Shown piece by piece: positions 40,005-49,353 of a stretch of 64,000 nucleotides of DNA; positions within the stretch are counted from its first letter, which is position 1; every line of letters begins with the position of its first letter. A program made the position numbers and the translations under genes. The stretch spans positions 16,168 through 80,167 of the forward strand of contig JALVYU010000011.1 of assembly GCA_027022365.1 (NCBI GenBank). Direction: 5' to 3'. The DNA comes from Desulfurococcales archaeon. Its GTDB lineage: Archaea > Thermoproteota > Thermoprotei_A > Sulfolobales > Desulfurococcaceae. Under the pieces are notes generated by a model. That model worked only from the letters and a program-made list of their open reading frames with translations. It searched no databases and was not told the origin of the DNA.

Positions 40005-41573
40005 ATGATAAGAAAAACGGTCATCCTCGACCTCTATACGGATGAGCCGGCTGGCCTGGGTGTTCCCCCATATATTAATACATGGCCCAGGCTAGTTGCT
40101 GGAGCTATATGGTTGGAGAACAAAGACGTAGACATAAGATATTACACTATTGACGAAGTTCGGCATAACATGGATTCATTCATTAGGCAGGCCGACGCAT
40201 CTGATATGCTAGTAGTTATAGGAGGCGTAGAGGTTCCCGGTAAATATATTGGGGGGAGGCCAGGCACCATCGATGAAGTTGAAAGAATACTAACATTAAT
40301 AACCAAACCCTTGAAGATACTGGTAGGCCCGGCGGCACGTCATGGCTTCGGCTCTGGCGGAGGCACAATAGCCTCCTCAAGAAATACACTTACGAAAATA
40401 TTCGATGAAATAATTGCCGGAGACCCGGAAATATTCTTCAGCGAGCTCATAAGATACGGTTTTGAAAAAGCGGACTCGAGAAAAACACGGACAAACTACG
40501 AATTAGCGGATAAGGCGTTCATTAAGGGTGCGAAGATAATAGTGATGCATCCAAACCATGGTAGGAACCTTGTTGTCGAGATAGAGACCTACAGAGGATG
40601 CCCAAGATATATTTCTGGGGGATGTAGTTTCTGCATAGAGCCTCGATGGGGTAAACCGATTCAGCGAAGCCCTAGATCAATTATTGAGGAAGTAGAAGCA
40701 CTATACAGACATGGTGCAAGACATATCAGGCTCGGAAGACAACCAGACATACTCGTATATGGGAGCAAAGAGATGGGAGAGAGGGAGTTCCCCAAGCCCA
40801 ACCCAGAAATACTTAGGAAACTCTTCTATGGGATAAGAAACACTGCACCGGGCATAAGGATATTACACATAGACAACGTCAACCCCGGAACAATAGTGCA
40901 TCACCCAAGGGAAAGTATTGAAGCACTAAAAACAATAATAAACTACCACAGCCCGGGCGACGTTGCCGCCCTAGGAATAGAGTCATTTGACGAGAAAGTC
41001 GTTAAGGCAAACAATCTCAAGGTTTACCCCGACGAAGCAGTAAAGGCTGTCAAGATAATAAATAGAGTTGGAAAGATAAGAGGCTGGAATGGTCTCCCCC
41101 ATCTTCTTCCAGGAATAAATCTTCTCTATGGATTGCCGGGTGAGACCAGGGAGACGTACAGGATAAATTATGAGTACTTAAAGAGAATATATGACAAAAA
41201 TCTTCTTGTGAGAAGAATAAATATCAGACAAGTAACTGTCTTGGAGAACACGCCTCTATGGCTAAAGAGGGATACGGTTAGGAGTATACTTAGACGACAC
41301 AAGGGCTTATTCAAAACTTATAGGCTCCGGATAATGAGTGAGCTTGATAAGAAGTTCCTCGAGAAAATAGTCCCATCTGGAACCATTCTTGACTATCTGT
41401 ACGTTGAAAAACACGTGGGGAACCTAAGTATTGCGAGGATGCCGGGAAGCTACCCGATAACAGTTAAGATCCCGTACAGAATAGGCTTGTGGAAAATAAT
41501 TTCTGCAAGAATAAGTAGTGTAGCGGCAAAAAGCGTTACAGGTAGACCCATAGGACTTAGTTACCGTGGATAA
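40005..41573 (+). CDS. radical SAM protein (YgiQ/UPF0313-like, with an N-terminal B12-binding-like domain)
   Basis: 'YRGCPRYISGGCSFC' cluster motif. Confidence 0.7.
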   Translation: MIRKTVILDLYTDEPAGLGVPPYINTWPRLVAGAIWLENKDVDIRYYTIDEVRHNMDSFIRQADASDMLVVIGGVEVPGKYIGGRPGTIDEVERILTLITKPLKILVGPAARHGFGSGGGTIASSRNTLTKIFDEIIAGDPEIFFSELIRYGFEKADSRKTRTNYELADKAFIKGAKIIVMHPNHGRNLVVEIETYRGCPRYISGGCSFCIEPRWGKPIQRSPRSIIEEVEALYRHGARHIRLGRQPDILVYGSKEMGEREFPKPNPEILRKLFYGIRNTAPGIRILHIDNVNPGTIVHHPRESIEALKTIINYHSPGDVAALGIESFDEKVVKANNLKVYPDEAVKAVKIINRVGKIRGWNGLPHLLPGINLLYGLPGETRETYRINYEYLKRIYDKNLLVRRINIRQVTVLENTPLWLKRDTVRSILRRHKGLFKTYRLRIMSELDKKFLEKIVPSGTILDYLYVEKHVGNLSIARMPGSYPITVKIPYRIGLWKIISARISSVAAKSVTGRPIGLSYRG

Positions 41574-43351
41574 TAATCTTTAACATTGTCCTCATACCTT
41601 ATGATCAGTTCACCATCATTGTTTTCATCAATTATGATCTCCGGGTATTCTTCGAGCATGTTATGACCCATTGCAAGAGGATCCTGATACGCGCCTGTGT
41701 GGAGGAAGGCTACGTAGTAATCCTCGTTTTTTCCGGGAAGATGAAGAGGTATACCACGTAGAATTATCCTTTTTCCAGGGATCCCGAGTAATCTATTGTC
41801 TTCTTCGGTGAATATGTCGTCAAACCCCTCTGGAAGCTTGCTGATAAACTCGGATATCTCTCCCATCGAGTCACATGTTATATCGCTTATCGTGGCGAGT
41901 ACATCTGGTCTTTTATCGAGCATGCTGCAAGGAACGATCTGGAAATATTGGTTCAGAATAACATAGTCGGGAAGTACATTGAACAACGAGAATGATAGGA
42001 CATACCTTTTACTAGGGGAGGTAAGGAATCTATACAGTGGTCTACCCGTTCTAGCATTTTCTGCCAGGTCTTTTAGCGCATTGTCTTTGTCCATCAGGTA
42101 GATTTCTTTGGCCTTCCCGGCTATTTCCTCGTATATGGTTTTGATCATTCCTTCTAGGAGCTCCCTACGCTTCAGGTCTATGTTCTCCGTGAACGATAAG
42201 AGCCTATTGATGATGTTCTCGGATTCACGGGCTATTTCTGATAATTCTTTAATTGTTTTTGAAGATTGTATCTTCTCAATCAACTCTATTTCTGTTCCCA
42301 ATTCTGAGATATACGGTCGTATGTCTATGACCTTGGCCACGCTGATCCTGTGGGGTGCAACTATTGCCCTGCCAGACTCAAACACTATATCGGGTGGCAG
42401 GATGCCTTGTTCCTCCGCGTGTTCCTTGAAGGTTTTAACCATTATCTCCACGTATTCGCGGAAAGTATAGTCAGGACTGTATGATGAGCCGGACAATGTA
42501 GATTCATAGTCGAAAGCAAGTCCTCCACCTGTATCGATATATCTAAGATTGGGGAGATACTTCTCCTTGAGAACAGTGTAAGTGTTTATCATTTCTGTAA
42601 ACATTTTCTTCAAGGCGTCCTTGGTAACGATCTGCGAACCATAGTGGAAGTGGAGCATTATAATCTTGTCTTTGATCCATGGCTGTTTCTCTATTATCTT
42701 ATAAATACTTGATAATGGTAGGCCGAACTTCGATGACAAGCCTGAACTGGACGACCATATGCTTTCTCCTCTGAACATAGGCCTAATCCTAAATCCGACC
42801 CAGATCTTGTCCCCGAGTTGTTCACGTATTTCCTCAAGTAGCTCTGCCTCTCTTATACTCTCAATATCTATGATCGCTTCACCATATGCTTCTTTGTTTT
42901 CAATAACACGTTTTAGACCCCTGAAGTCTTTCACTCCGTCAATAACTAGTAGGCCTTTAGTCTTAATGGATAATGCCTCATAGAGTTCGGGAAGCGTGCC
43001 TGCCTCCCAGCCCCACGAGTATTTCCCGCCGTATCTCTTTATACTCCTAAGGACTAGTTCGTGGTGGTTGACTTTTAATGGGTATACTGGCCTGAATTCG
43101 CCGCGGTAATTATTCTCTCTAATGTTTTTGAGGAATAAGCCTGCGATATAGTCTATCATCTCTCCTATCCATGGCAGTATCCTGATATTAGCACCCGGTA
43201 GCCCACGTTTTTTCAATAGTTCGGCTATGGACAGGGTTTTCCCCTTGATCTTAACTACTAGCTCGCCTTTTTCATTGATATCGAATAGCTGGTTGTTCAG
43301 TACCCCTTTAAGTCCGTAGAGCTCTCTGGAATTCTCTATACCCCAAACCAT
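41561..43351 (-). CDS. speA: biosynthetic arginine decarboxylase, PLP-dependent SpeA type
   Basis: 'YPLKVNHH' (PLP Lys), 'SKFGL', 'MLHFHYGSQ', 'DTGGGLAFDYE', 'ESGRAIV', 'DITCDSMG' and 'GAYQD' track E. coli SpeA motif by motif. Confidence 0.8.
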   Translation of the reverse strand: MVWGIENSRELYGLKGVLNNQLFDINEKGELVVKIKGKTLSIAELLKKRGLPGANIRILPWIGEMIDYIAGLFLKNIRENNYRGEFRPVYPLKVNHHELVLRSIKRYGGKYSWGWEAGTLPELYEALSIKTKGLLVIDGVKDFRGLKRVIENKEAYGEAIIDIESIREAELLEEIREQLGDKIWVGFRIRPMFRGESIWSSSSGLSSKFGLPLSSIYKIIEKQPWIKDKIIMLHFHYGSQIVTKDALKKMFTEMINTYTVLKEKYLPNLRYIDTGGGLAFDYESTLSGSSYSPDYTFREYVEIMVKTFKEHAEEQGILPPDIVFESGRAIVAPHRISVAKVIDIRPYISELGTEIELIEKIQSSKTIKELSEIARESENIINRLLSFTENIDLKRRELLEGMIKTIYEEIAGKAKEIYLMDKDNALKDLAENARTGRPLYRFLTSPSKRYVLSFSLFNVLPDYVILNQYFQIVPCSMLDKRPDVLATISDITCDSMGEISEFISKLPEGFDDIFTEEDNRLLGIPGKRIILRGIPLHLPGKNEDYYVAFLHTGAYQDPLAMGHNMLEEYPEIIIDENNDGELIIRYEDNVKDYYPR

Positions 43352-43479
43352 ACCCCTTTTCCCCTGGACATCCCCTACCCTAGACTTGAAGGGTCTTGGG
43401 GGATATAGAGGTTTCCCAGAATTTTAAAGAACTGACCCATATCCAATAAATAGATGCTCGCCCGGTATTCAAAAATGGA

Positions 43480-44190
43480 GTGATCTCCATGGAGGACCGT
43501 GAGAGGATCGAGGCATACATAGTGAATCTGGAGAGGGCAATAAAGATACTGAAACACAAAGAGATACCAGCCAAATATAAGCCTTTACTCGAGAACGCTA
43601 AGGCCTATCTAAGTGACGCAAAATACTATCTTTCAAAAAATGATTACTTTACAGCCTTAGCATGCGTAGCTTATGGTGAAGGCCTGATCGATTCCCTCAG
43701 ACACATCGGCGAAATAGATATGGATTGGAAACCATTATCCAGCCTCCTATCTAGGCCAAAAGTACTAGTTGCGGGTAGTTTCGAGATACTCCATCCAGGC
43801 CATATATACTTGTTCGAGAAGGCATGGGAATTGGGAAGAGTCTATGTGATAGTCTCTAGGGACTCTAATTTCGAGAAGTTCAAGGGGAGAAAACCAGCTA
43901 TACCGGATAAATACAGGGCTGAAGTTGTTCGTTCGGTACGCTATGTCCATGAAGCTGTCTTGGGTGATGAAAAAGATTATCTGAAGCCGGTTCTCGATAT
44001 ATCTCCTGATATAGTATTATTAGGCCCTGATCAGTGGCCTGATAAGGCGAAGCTCGAGGACGAATTGAGGAAACGAGGCCTCGAAAAGACTAGGGTATTA
44101 AGGCTTAAGGAGCCATTCAAGGACGATGTGTGTAGGTCTTCAAAAATAATCAGACGTATCCTGGAGATACACGGGTGTGTTGATGAATAG
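43480..44190 (+). CDS. ribL: FAD synthase-like cytidylyltransferase (RibL-type) with an N-terminal DUF357-like domain
   Basis: 'VLVAGSFEILHPGHIYLFEKA' is an HxGH nucleotidyltransferase motif. Confidence 0.65.
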   Translation: MISMEDRERIEAYIVNLERAIKILKHKEIPAKYKPLLENAKAYLSDAKYYLSKNDYFTALACVAYGEGLIDSLRHIGEIDMDWKPLSSLLSRPKVLVAGSFEILHPGHIYLFEKAWELGRVYVIVSRDSNFEKFKGRKPAIPDKYRAEVVRSVRYVHEAVLGDEKDYLKPVLDISPDIVLLGPDQWPDKAKLEDELRKRGLEKTRVLRLKEPFKDDVCRSSKIIRRILEIHGCVDE

Positions 44191-44195
44191 AACTC

Positions 44196-44915
44196 TTAGT
44201 TCTTCTCTGCACCAAGCAGTTTCTCGAAGAGCTTCCTTCTTTCTTCCAGCTGTGCTTTATTTTTCTCAGCCTCATTGTTGGCTAGACTCGCCAGGCTCTT
44301 AAGGTCGACGTCCGGCTTATACCATGTACCAGAATTCTTTACTATGTCTGCAAGCCTCGCAACATTGTAGCCGACATTATATGAGTCGAGAACTGCTTGG
44401 TCATCCTCTGTGACATCGTCCATTGAGTGATGATATGCAATAGCCCATCCGGGGATATGTACGCCCATACTGTTTAGAACGATCATCATGTGGGCGAGCG
44501 CCAGTATTGTCCCGCTATCATTTCCCGTAGCGATTAGTCCCGCCACTTTCCCTTCGAGGAGGCTCCTGCCAGTTATGAATATCATGTTCTCCATGCTTGT
44601 GAGCCTGTCAATAAAGTTCTTCATGATACCGCTCATGCTGTACCAGTAGACAGGGGTGACCATTATGAATCCGTCGCTCTCAAGGATCTTTTTCCCTATC
44701 GTGTTGAAGTCGTCATCATTGATGATGCACGGGAATCGACAGTATTTTGTATCGTCACTAACGCATCCTAGGCACCCTTTTATCTTGTAGTCATAGAGAT
44801 ATATGATCTCAGGGGTTCCGCCTGCGTCCTCAACGCCCTTAGCAGCTATAGATGTGAGCTTGGTTACAGCTCCGTATTTTCGGGGAGAGCCGTGAAGTAT
44901 TGTTATTCTGGCCAT
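44196..44915 (-). CDS. NADPH-dependent FMN reductase-fold / iron-sulfur flavoprotein-like
   Basis: 'ITILHGSPRK' flavodoxin-like start. Cys cluster 'CLGCVSDDTKYCRFPC'. Confidence 0.65.
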   Translation of the reverse strand: MARITILHGSPRKYGAVTKLTSIAAKGVEDAGGTPEIIYLYDYKIKGCLGCVSDDTKYCRFPCIINDDDFNTIGKKILESDGFIMVTPVYWYSMSGIMKNFIDRLTSMENMIFITGRSLLEGKVAGLIATGNDSGTILALAHMMIVLNSMGVHIPGWAIAYHHSMDDVTEDDQAVLDSYNVGYNVARLADIVKNSGTWYKPDVDLKSLASLANNEAEKNKAQLEERRKLFEKLLGAEKN

Positions 44916-44986
44916 TTCTATCTCCCTCTTGCTTCCTTCTCAGTCCTATGGTTGATTGCGGAAATATTATTTAAATGAATTGAAAA

Positions 44987-45070
44987 GCCTCAGTAACGCC
45001 GACCCACTTCATAACCTATACATTTGAGGAATAATGTATAGGCTCCGACACGGGTTCGCTCATCATCGGC
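44987..45070 (-). ncRNA. box C/D sRNA candidate with an internal 9-bp hairpin between D' and C'
   Basis: The minus strand reads GCC-G-ATGATGA(C)-12 nt-CGGA(D')-g[CCTATACAT-10 nt-ATGTATAGG]tt-ATGAAGT(C')-12 nt-CTGA(D)-GGC. A GCC/GGC terminal stem is present. Starts 29 nt downstream of the HAD gene stop. Confidence 0.45.
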
Positions 45071-45098
45071 CACAAACTAACACTAAGATAAGTCGTGT

Positions 45099-45821
45099 TT
45101 AAAGTATTTTAAGGAGTTCAGTGAGCGATGTTATGCATGGCTGGGGATCCGCTGGACGGCACAAGGTTTTCCATCCATAATATATTGTTTTTAGCCCCGC
45201 TTTTCTCGCGGGCAATACATCGTTCTCGATTGAGTCGCCGATATGGACTATTCTGGCTGGATCCGCCCCGAGGAGATCGGCTAGTTCCGCGTAGAATAAT
45301 GGGTTACGTTTAGGGATGCCTACGAGCTGCGTACTATAAATGATCTTAAAGTATTTCATTAACTCATTGTCTTGGAGAACCTGATATGGTAGATCATGGG
45401 CGCCAGTAGCTGTTGTGAGGATGAGTCTATAGCCCTTACCAACTAGTCTCTCGATAACTATTCTTGTATGATCCACGGGGACGAACCATTTCGCTCTCTC
45501 GGCTATGAAGTAATGATAGATCTCCTCTAGTTCGCTCTCGGAAATATCAACTCCTGATTTCTTGAGGAACTTCAATAATACATATCTGTGCCAGTGCTGG
45601 TAGCCGGGGTGCTTAGCCTCTATTTCACGCCATATATCATCGTAGAGCCTAAGAGGATCAACAATATGTTTTGGAGCATACCCTTTCTTTTTTAGATAGC
45701 ATAGTATGTCTTTGAGAACATCGCGTGCTGGTCGCACAGGGTTTCTAGGCTCGCACCCGATATCCCAGAATAGGGTGCAGGCGGAATCTAGGCTAACATA
45801 CTCGATCTCTCCCTTCAGCAT
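45099..45821 (-). CDS. HAD-superfamily hydrolase
   Basis: 'VSLDSACTLF' (DxxxT-type motif I variant), 'LILTTATG' and 'HIGDSIENDV'. Confidence 0.65.
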   Translation of the reverse strand: MLKGEIEYVSLDSACTLFWDIGCEPRNPVRPARDVLKDILCYLKKKGYAPKHIVDPLRLYDDIWREIEAKHPGYQHWHRYVLLKFLKKSGVDISESELEEIYHYFIAERAKWFVPVDHTRIVIERLVGKGYRLILTTATGAHDLPYQVLQDNELMKYFKIIYSTQLVGIPKRNPLFYAELADLLGADPARIVHIGDSIENDVLPARKAGLKTIYYGWKTLCRPADPQPCITSLTELLKIL

Positions 45822-45902
45822 ATTGCAACACCAATCACAATATTTTGGTGGGAAAGCAAGGTTATATTACTGGTTCACTAATTCCGTGGCTGGTGCTAGG
45901 TC

Positions 45903-46997
45903 TTGCCTAGTATAGATTGGGATGAAGTAAGAAGGCGTAGGGAGGAATTCTGGAGCTCCAGCCCTGTCTATAGGGCAATATACGAGAAGATGAAGAAGCA
46001 GGGATATCATTTTATCGCCACACTTGGTGTTGTTAAGAGGTGCCACTGGACACGTGAAGCCCTCGTGAACAAGAGGTTCTGCTACAAATGCCTCTGGTAC
46101 GGGATCGAGAGCCATAGATGCATACAGATGAGTCCACTAGCTGCTTGGTGCTGGCTTAGATGTATGCATTGCTGGAGGCTACAGCCTGAAGATATTGGAA
46201 TGCACTGGGATGAAACAAGGCCCCCGGTTGTTGATGAGCCAGAAGTTATCGCTGAAGAAAGTATTAGGGTACAGAAACAGATCGTGTCGGGCTATAAAGG
46301 TAATCCACGAGTCGATCCAAAGATGTATGAGGAGGCAATGAACCCGAAGCACGTAGCGATAAGTTTGACAGGTGAGCCAACGCTATATCCGCGCCTAGGA
46401 GAGCTGATCAAAGAATACCATAGAAGAGGCATGACGACGTTCCTCGTAACGCATGGTGTACGGCCAGATATTTTAGCTAGCCTCGAAGAGGAGCCCTCCC
46501 AGCTCTATATAAGCCTAGAAGCATGGAATAAAGAGAAATTCATGGAGTTTAACAGACCCATAGTCCCGAGAGCATGGGAACTAGTAATGGAGACTCTAAA
46601 GCTTCTCCCAAGCTTTTCCTGCCCGACAGTTTACAGGTTAACAATTATAAAGGGATTCAATGACTCCGAAGAGGCTTTAAAGGGCTTCGCAAAACTGATC
46701 GAGATCGGTAATCCGACATATGTAGAGGTAAAAGCATACATGTATGTCGGCTCAAGCAGGACGAGACTACAGCCGACCAATATGCCGAAGCACGAAGAAA
46801 TAAGAATGATAGGCAAGAGACTCGCCGAGCTAACAGGATACATGTTGCTCAGCGAAAGCGTGCCGAGCAGAATAGTATTGCTAAGCAGGATCAAACATCC
46901 GAAGAGGCACGGCAAAGGCTGTCCAGATGGTGTTGAGTACCCGGAGAAGTATGCCCCTGTAATAACGCATGATTATGAGGAGATGGCTGGTCAATAA
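45903..46997 (+). CDS. taw1: tRNA 4-demethylwyosine synthase (Taw1/TYW1, radical SAM)
   Basis: '[33 protein letters not shown]', the radical SAM motif '[10 protein letters not shown]', and '[10 protein letters not shown]'. The TTG start is uncertain. Confidence 0.85.
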   Translation: MPSIDWDEVRRRREEFWSSSPVYRAIYEKMKKQGYHFIATLGVVKRCHWTREALVNKRFCYKCLWYGIESHRCIQMSPLAAWCWLRCMHCWRLQPEDIGMHWDETRPPVVDEPEVIAEESIRVQKQIVSGYKGNPRVDPKMYEEAMNPKHVAISLTGEPTLYPRLGELIKEYHRRGMTTFLVTHGVRPDILASLEEEPSQLYISLEAWNKEKFMEFNRPIVPRAWELVMETLKLLPSFSCPTVYRLTIIKGFNDSEEALKGFAKLIEIGNPTYVEVKAYMYVGSSRTRLQPTNMPKHEEIRMIGKRLAELTGYMLLSESVPSRIVLLSRIKHPKRHGKGCPDGVEYPEKYAPVITHDYEEMAGQ

Positions 46998-47099
46998 GGT
47001 TGAAGTCGGGTATTAGTTGATAAGTTCAAATCTCTAGATTTTTATATATAATCATTGATCATTTTTCATAGCAGGTATAGGATATTTTGGTGACAAAAT

Positions 47100-47603
47100 T
47101 TGGATATTAGTATACGCAAAATAATAGATTTGATTACAAAAGGTGATGACACAGTTCTGAAACGATTCATCGAAATGTACTCAAGGAATAGGATCGAAAG
47201 ATCTTTTTACACCCTAGAAGAGATAACGATATCGCTCCTCCACTACATCAAGAGATACACTCCCCAACGCATTGCAGAGATCCTAGGTATGAGCAGGAGC
47301 AATGTGTATGCAGTTCTAAAAAGATTCTCGCAGAAATACGAGAAAGCAGTGAATACGATCAACCTATACGAAGCTATAACAAACGTTATCTACATAACGG
47401 TTAGGAAAGGAGAACCTCTGGACGAAGTAGCAAGAAGAATATACTCGATAGCAGATAAGAAAAAGATAAAGATCCCGTTTAGAGGCTTAGAGCTAATAAA
47501 TATACTCGAGCGTCGGGACATTGTTGATGAAAGGCTTAGATTCAAGGATAATTATCGCCTAATATTGTTACCAAATATCGACATAATAGTTGAGAAGATA
47601 TAG
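47100..47603 (+). CDS. Tfx-family DNA-binding protein
   Basis: HTH 'PQRIAEILGMSRSNVYAVLKRFSQKYEKAVNTINLYE' parallels the Tfx 'EIAKILGTSRANVSILEKRA.EKIEKA.NT' pattern, and a Tfx-like C-terminal domain follows. Confidence 0.55.
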   Translation: MDISIRKIIDLITKGDDTVLKRFIEMYSRNRIERSFYTLEEITISLLHYIKRYTPQRIAEILGMSRSNVYAVLKRFSQKYEKAVNTINLYEAITNVIYITVRKGEPLDEVARRIYSIADKKKIKIPFRGLELINILERRDIVDERLRFKDNYRLILLPNIDIIVEKI

Positions 47604-47648
47604 TGTTCCTTTTAATAGAACGCCCCTATGGCTTGCAACAATAGATCA

Positions 47649-47870
47649 TTATATCTTTACTGGCTTTACAGTATTTTCATCAAATGAATTATAACCTACA
47701 TGCTCACCTACCCTGATCAGACCATTACAGTTATGCAGAGCGAAGGTTATTGCTTTGACCCCATCGATTCCTCGAAGAAGCGCCTTACAAGTTCTCTTAT
47801 GCTCGTCTACAACGTATTTTGAGCCCGGATAATCATAAACAAGTACCTGGCAATAATGAACAAATCGCAT
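47649..47870 (-). CDS. small hypothetical protein
   Basis: 73-aa ORF immediately downstream of the ParB-like pseudogene. No motif. Confidence 0.25.
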   Translation of the reverse strand: MRFVHYCQVLVYDYPGSKYVVDEHKRTCKALLRGIDGVKAITFALHNCNGLIRVGEHVGYNSFDENTVKPVKI

Positions 47871-47898
47871 CGTATGTTCCCAGTATTTCCGACGGAGG

Positions 47899-48344
47899 CT
47901 ACTTAGGCTTCAGAACTTTAATTAGCGGCTCCTCCTTCCATACCCTCGCGATTGTGCCATACATCTTTTCTAGGAAAACGATTGTATTAACCATGTGTCT
48001 GAGGGGCAGGGCTTCTTCTGGTGTATAAGATGGAGGATTAATGATATCAGTTACACATAGAGGATTGTTTATTCTAGGCTTGTATGCCAGAACATATATG
48101 GGATGTGCTGGGAGCTTTTTCCAAGCCGTACGTATACTCGAGCTCTATGATGGCCGTCTAGAATATAGTTATAGTAATCTCCTATGTTATTTTATACGAC
48201 TATTACTGGTACCTTGTATTCTTTGAGGAGAGCCAAGTATAAAACTAGTCCAAGCTTGTCTGATTATATGGTAGGTTGTGTTGCATACAGGTTTAATGGA
48301 TCTAATTCTTTGATCCCGATATACCTTATAACGCTATACTTCAT
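47899..48344 (-). pseudogene. ParB/Srx-like nuclease-domain gene, disrupted
   Basis: My minus-strand translation is MKYSVIRYIGIKELDPLNLYATQPTI*SDKLGLVLYLALLKEYKVPVIVV*NNIGDYYNYILDGHHRARVYVRLGK. The frame then shifts at GGAAAAAGC into ...KKLPAHPIYVLAYKPRINNPLCVTDIINPPSYTPEEALPLRHMVNTIVFLEKMYGTIARVWKEEPLIKVLKPK*. The DGHHR motif is typical of ParB/Srx N-terminal domains. Confidence 0.6.
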
Positions 48345-48434
48345 TCCAATAAGATCTATGATTTCACGGGGTTTTGATAAAATCCTTATGCGTCGACAGA
48401 GGTAGGTGTGAAGGTGTATTACGTAATTATTTCC

Positions 48435-49241
48435 TCATACGAGCCGGTATTCTTTTCCCGCATAGAGTATTACTCTCGCATCCCGCTTCATTTCCTCTAA
48501 CAATGTCTTCTCGAGGGGAGGTAGCTTCTCGGCTTCTCGTATGGATAATGGGAACTTCTTAATGAATTCTTCATAGTATCTCTTATCCACTGCAAGTCTA
48601 CCCACGACTTCAATACGGCCCTGGTAGACTAGCGTGTTAAACATAGATCCTAGTGCATTCATTGCCTCGTTAATATACATAATCGGTTTTGGTAGCCCCT
48701 TCTCTTCTTTTTTGTTCTTCTTTTCCTTGGTACTCCGGGTTTTTGCTTTCTTTAGTTCCTCTCTAATTTTATCGAGCTCTTGTCTAAGACTAGATACTTG
48801 CTTCTCTATTCTTATGATCTCTTTCTCGATCTGACGTATCTTCTCATCTAGATTGGTTAGAGGTTCTTCCGTAGTTCTTGGATATGTTGTTTTGCGTTCT
48901 TGTGCTTTAATCTCAGCTTCTACTTCTTGTTCTTCGGTCAATATAACCTCATGTGTAGCTTCTTCACTTCGAGCTTCTCTAGGGACTTCTTCGATGTTCT
49001 CTTCTCTAGGTCCACCAAACTTGTTAACAAACCATTCACCCTTATCCGTCAATATGTATCCTTTCCCTGCTTTCTCGATGTAGCCATTATTGCGTAGCCT
49101 GTAGACAACAGTTCTTGCGAGCGACATGGATATCCCTAGGGTTGCGGCAATATCTTTTATTGTAGCTCCGCTATATTCTTTGAGGAACTCGAGTATTCTT
49201 AGCATTAGCGTTTTCTTAGGCACTTTCTCATCCCTGATCAA
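48435..49241 (-). CDS. winged-helix DNA-binding protein with a central coiled coil and an unknown C-terminal domain
   Basis: 'LRILEFLKEYSGATIKDIAATLGISMSLARTVVYRLRNNGYIEKAGKGYILTDKG' is a MarR/ArsR-like wHTH. An E/K-rich heptad segment follows ('IRQIEKEIIRIEKQVSSLRQELDKIREELKK'). Confidence 0.55.
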   Translation of the reverse strand: MIRDEKVPKKTLMLRILEFLKEYSGATIKDIAATLGISMSLARTVVYRLRNNGYIEKAGKGYILTDKGEWFVNKFGGPREENIEEVPREARSEEATHEVILTEEQEVEAEIKAQERKTTYPRTTEEPLTNLDEKIRQIEKEIIRIEKQVSSLRQELDKIREELKKAKTRSTKEKKNKKEEKGLPKPIMYINEAMNALGSMFNTLVYQGRIEVVGRLAVDKRYYEEFIKKFPLSIREAEKLPPLEKTLLEEMKRDARVILYAGKEYRLV

Positions 49242-49316
49242 ATTATTATGTTTTTAAGCGGTAATAATCTGTCGCGTTGAGGCGGAATTGTTATAAGGAG
49301 TTTTTTCGATAGCTGT

Positions 49317-49332
49317 GTTAGGTATGCCTAAC
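49317..49332. promoter_or_regulatory. palindrome GTTAGG-TATG-CCTAAC in a divergent promoter region
   Basis: Perfect 6-nt inverted repeat 22 nt upstream of the 49354 ATG. A possible operator. Confidence 0.3.
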
Positions 49333-49353
49333 AGGAGATGTATGGTGTAGGTT

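Noticed and set aside
43352-43479. C/G-rich stretch (CCCCTACCC...GGGTCTTGGGG) in the speA/ribL divergent spacer as an ncRNA
   Set aside because: It gives only an imperfect interrupted helix with no recognisable RNA-family motifs. It more likely belongs to the two divergent promoters or 5' UTRs.
47899-48344. In-frame TAA codons as programmed recoding or read-through
   Set aside because: The known archaeal recoding events use UGA (Sec) or UAG (Pyl), not UAA. An additional homopolymer frameshift in the same gene makes simple gene decay far more likely.
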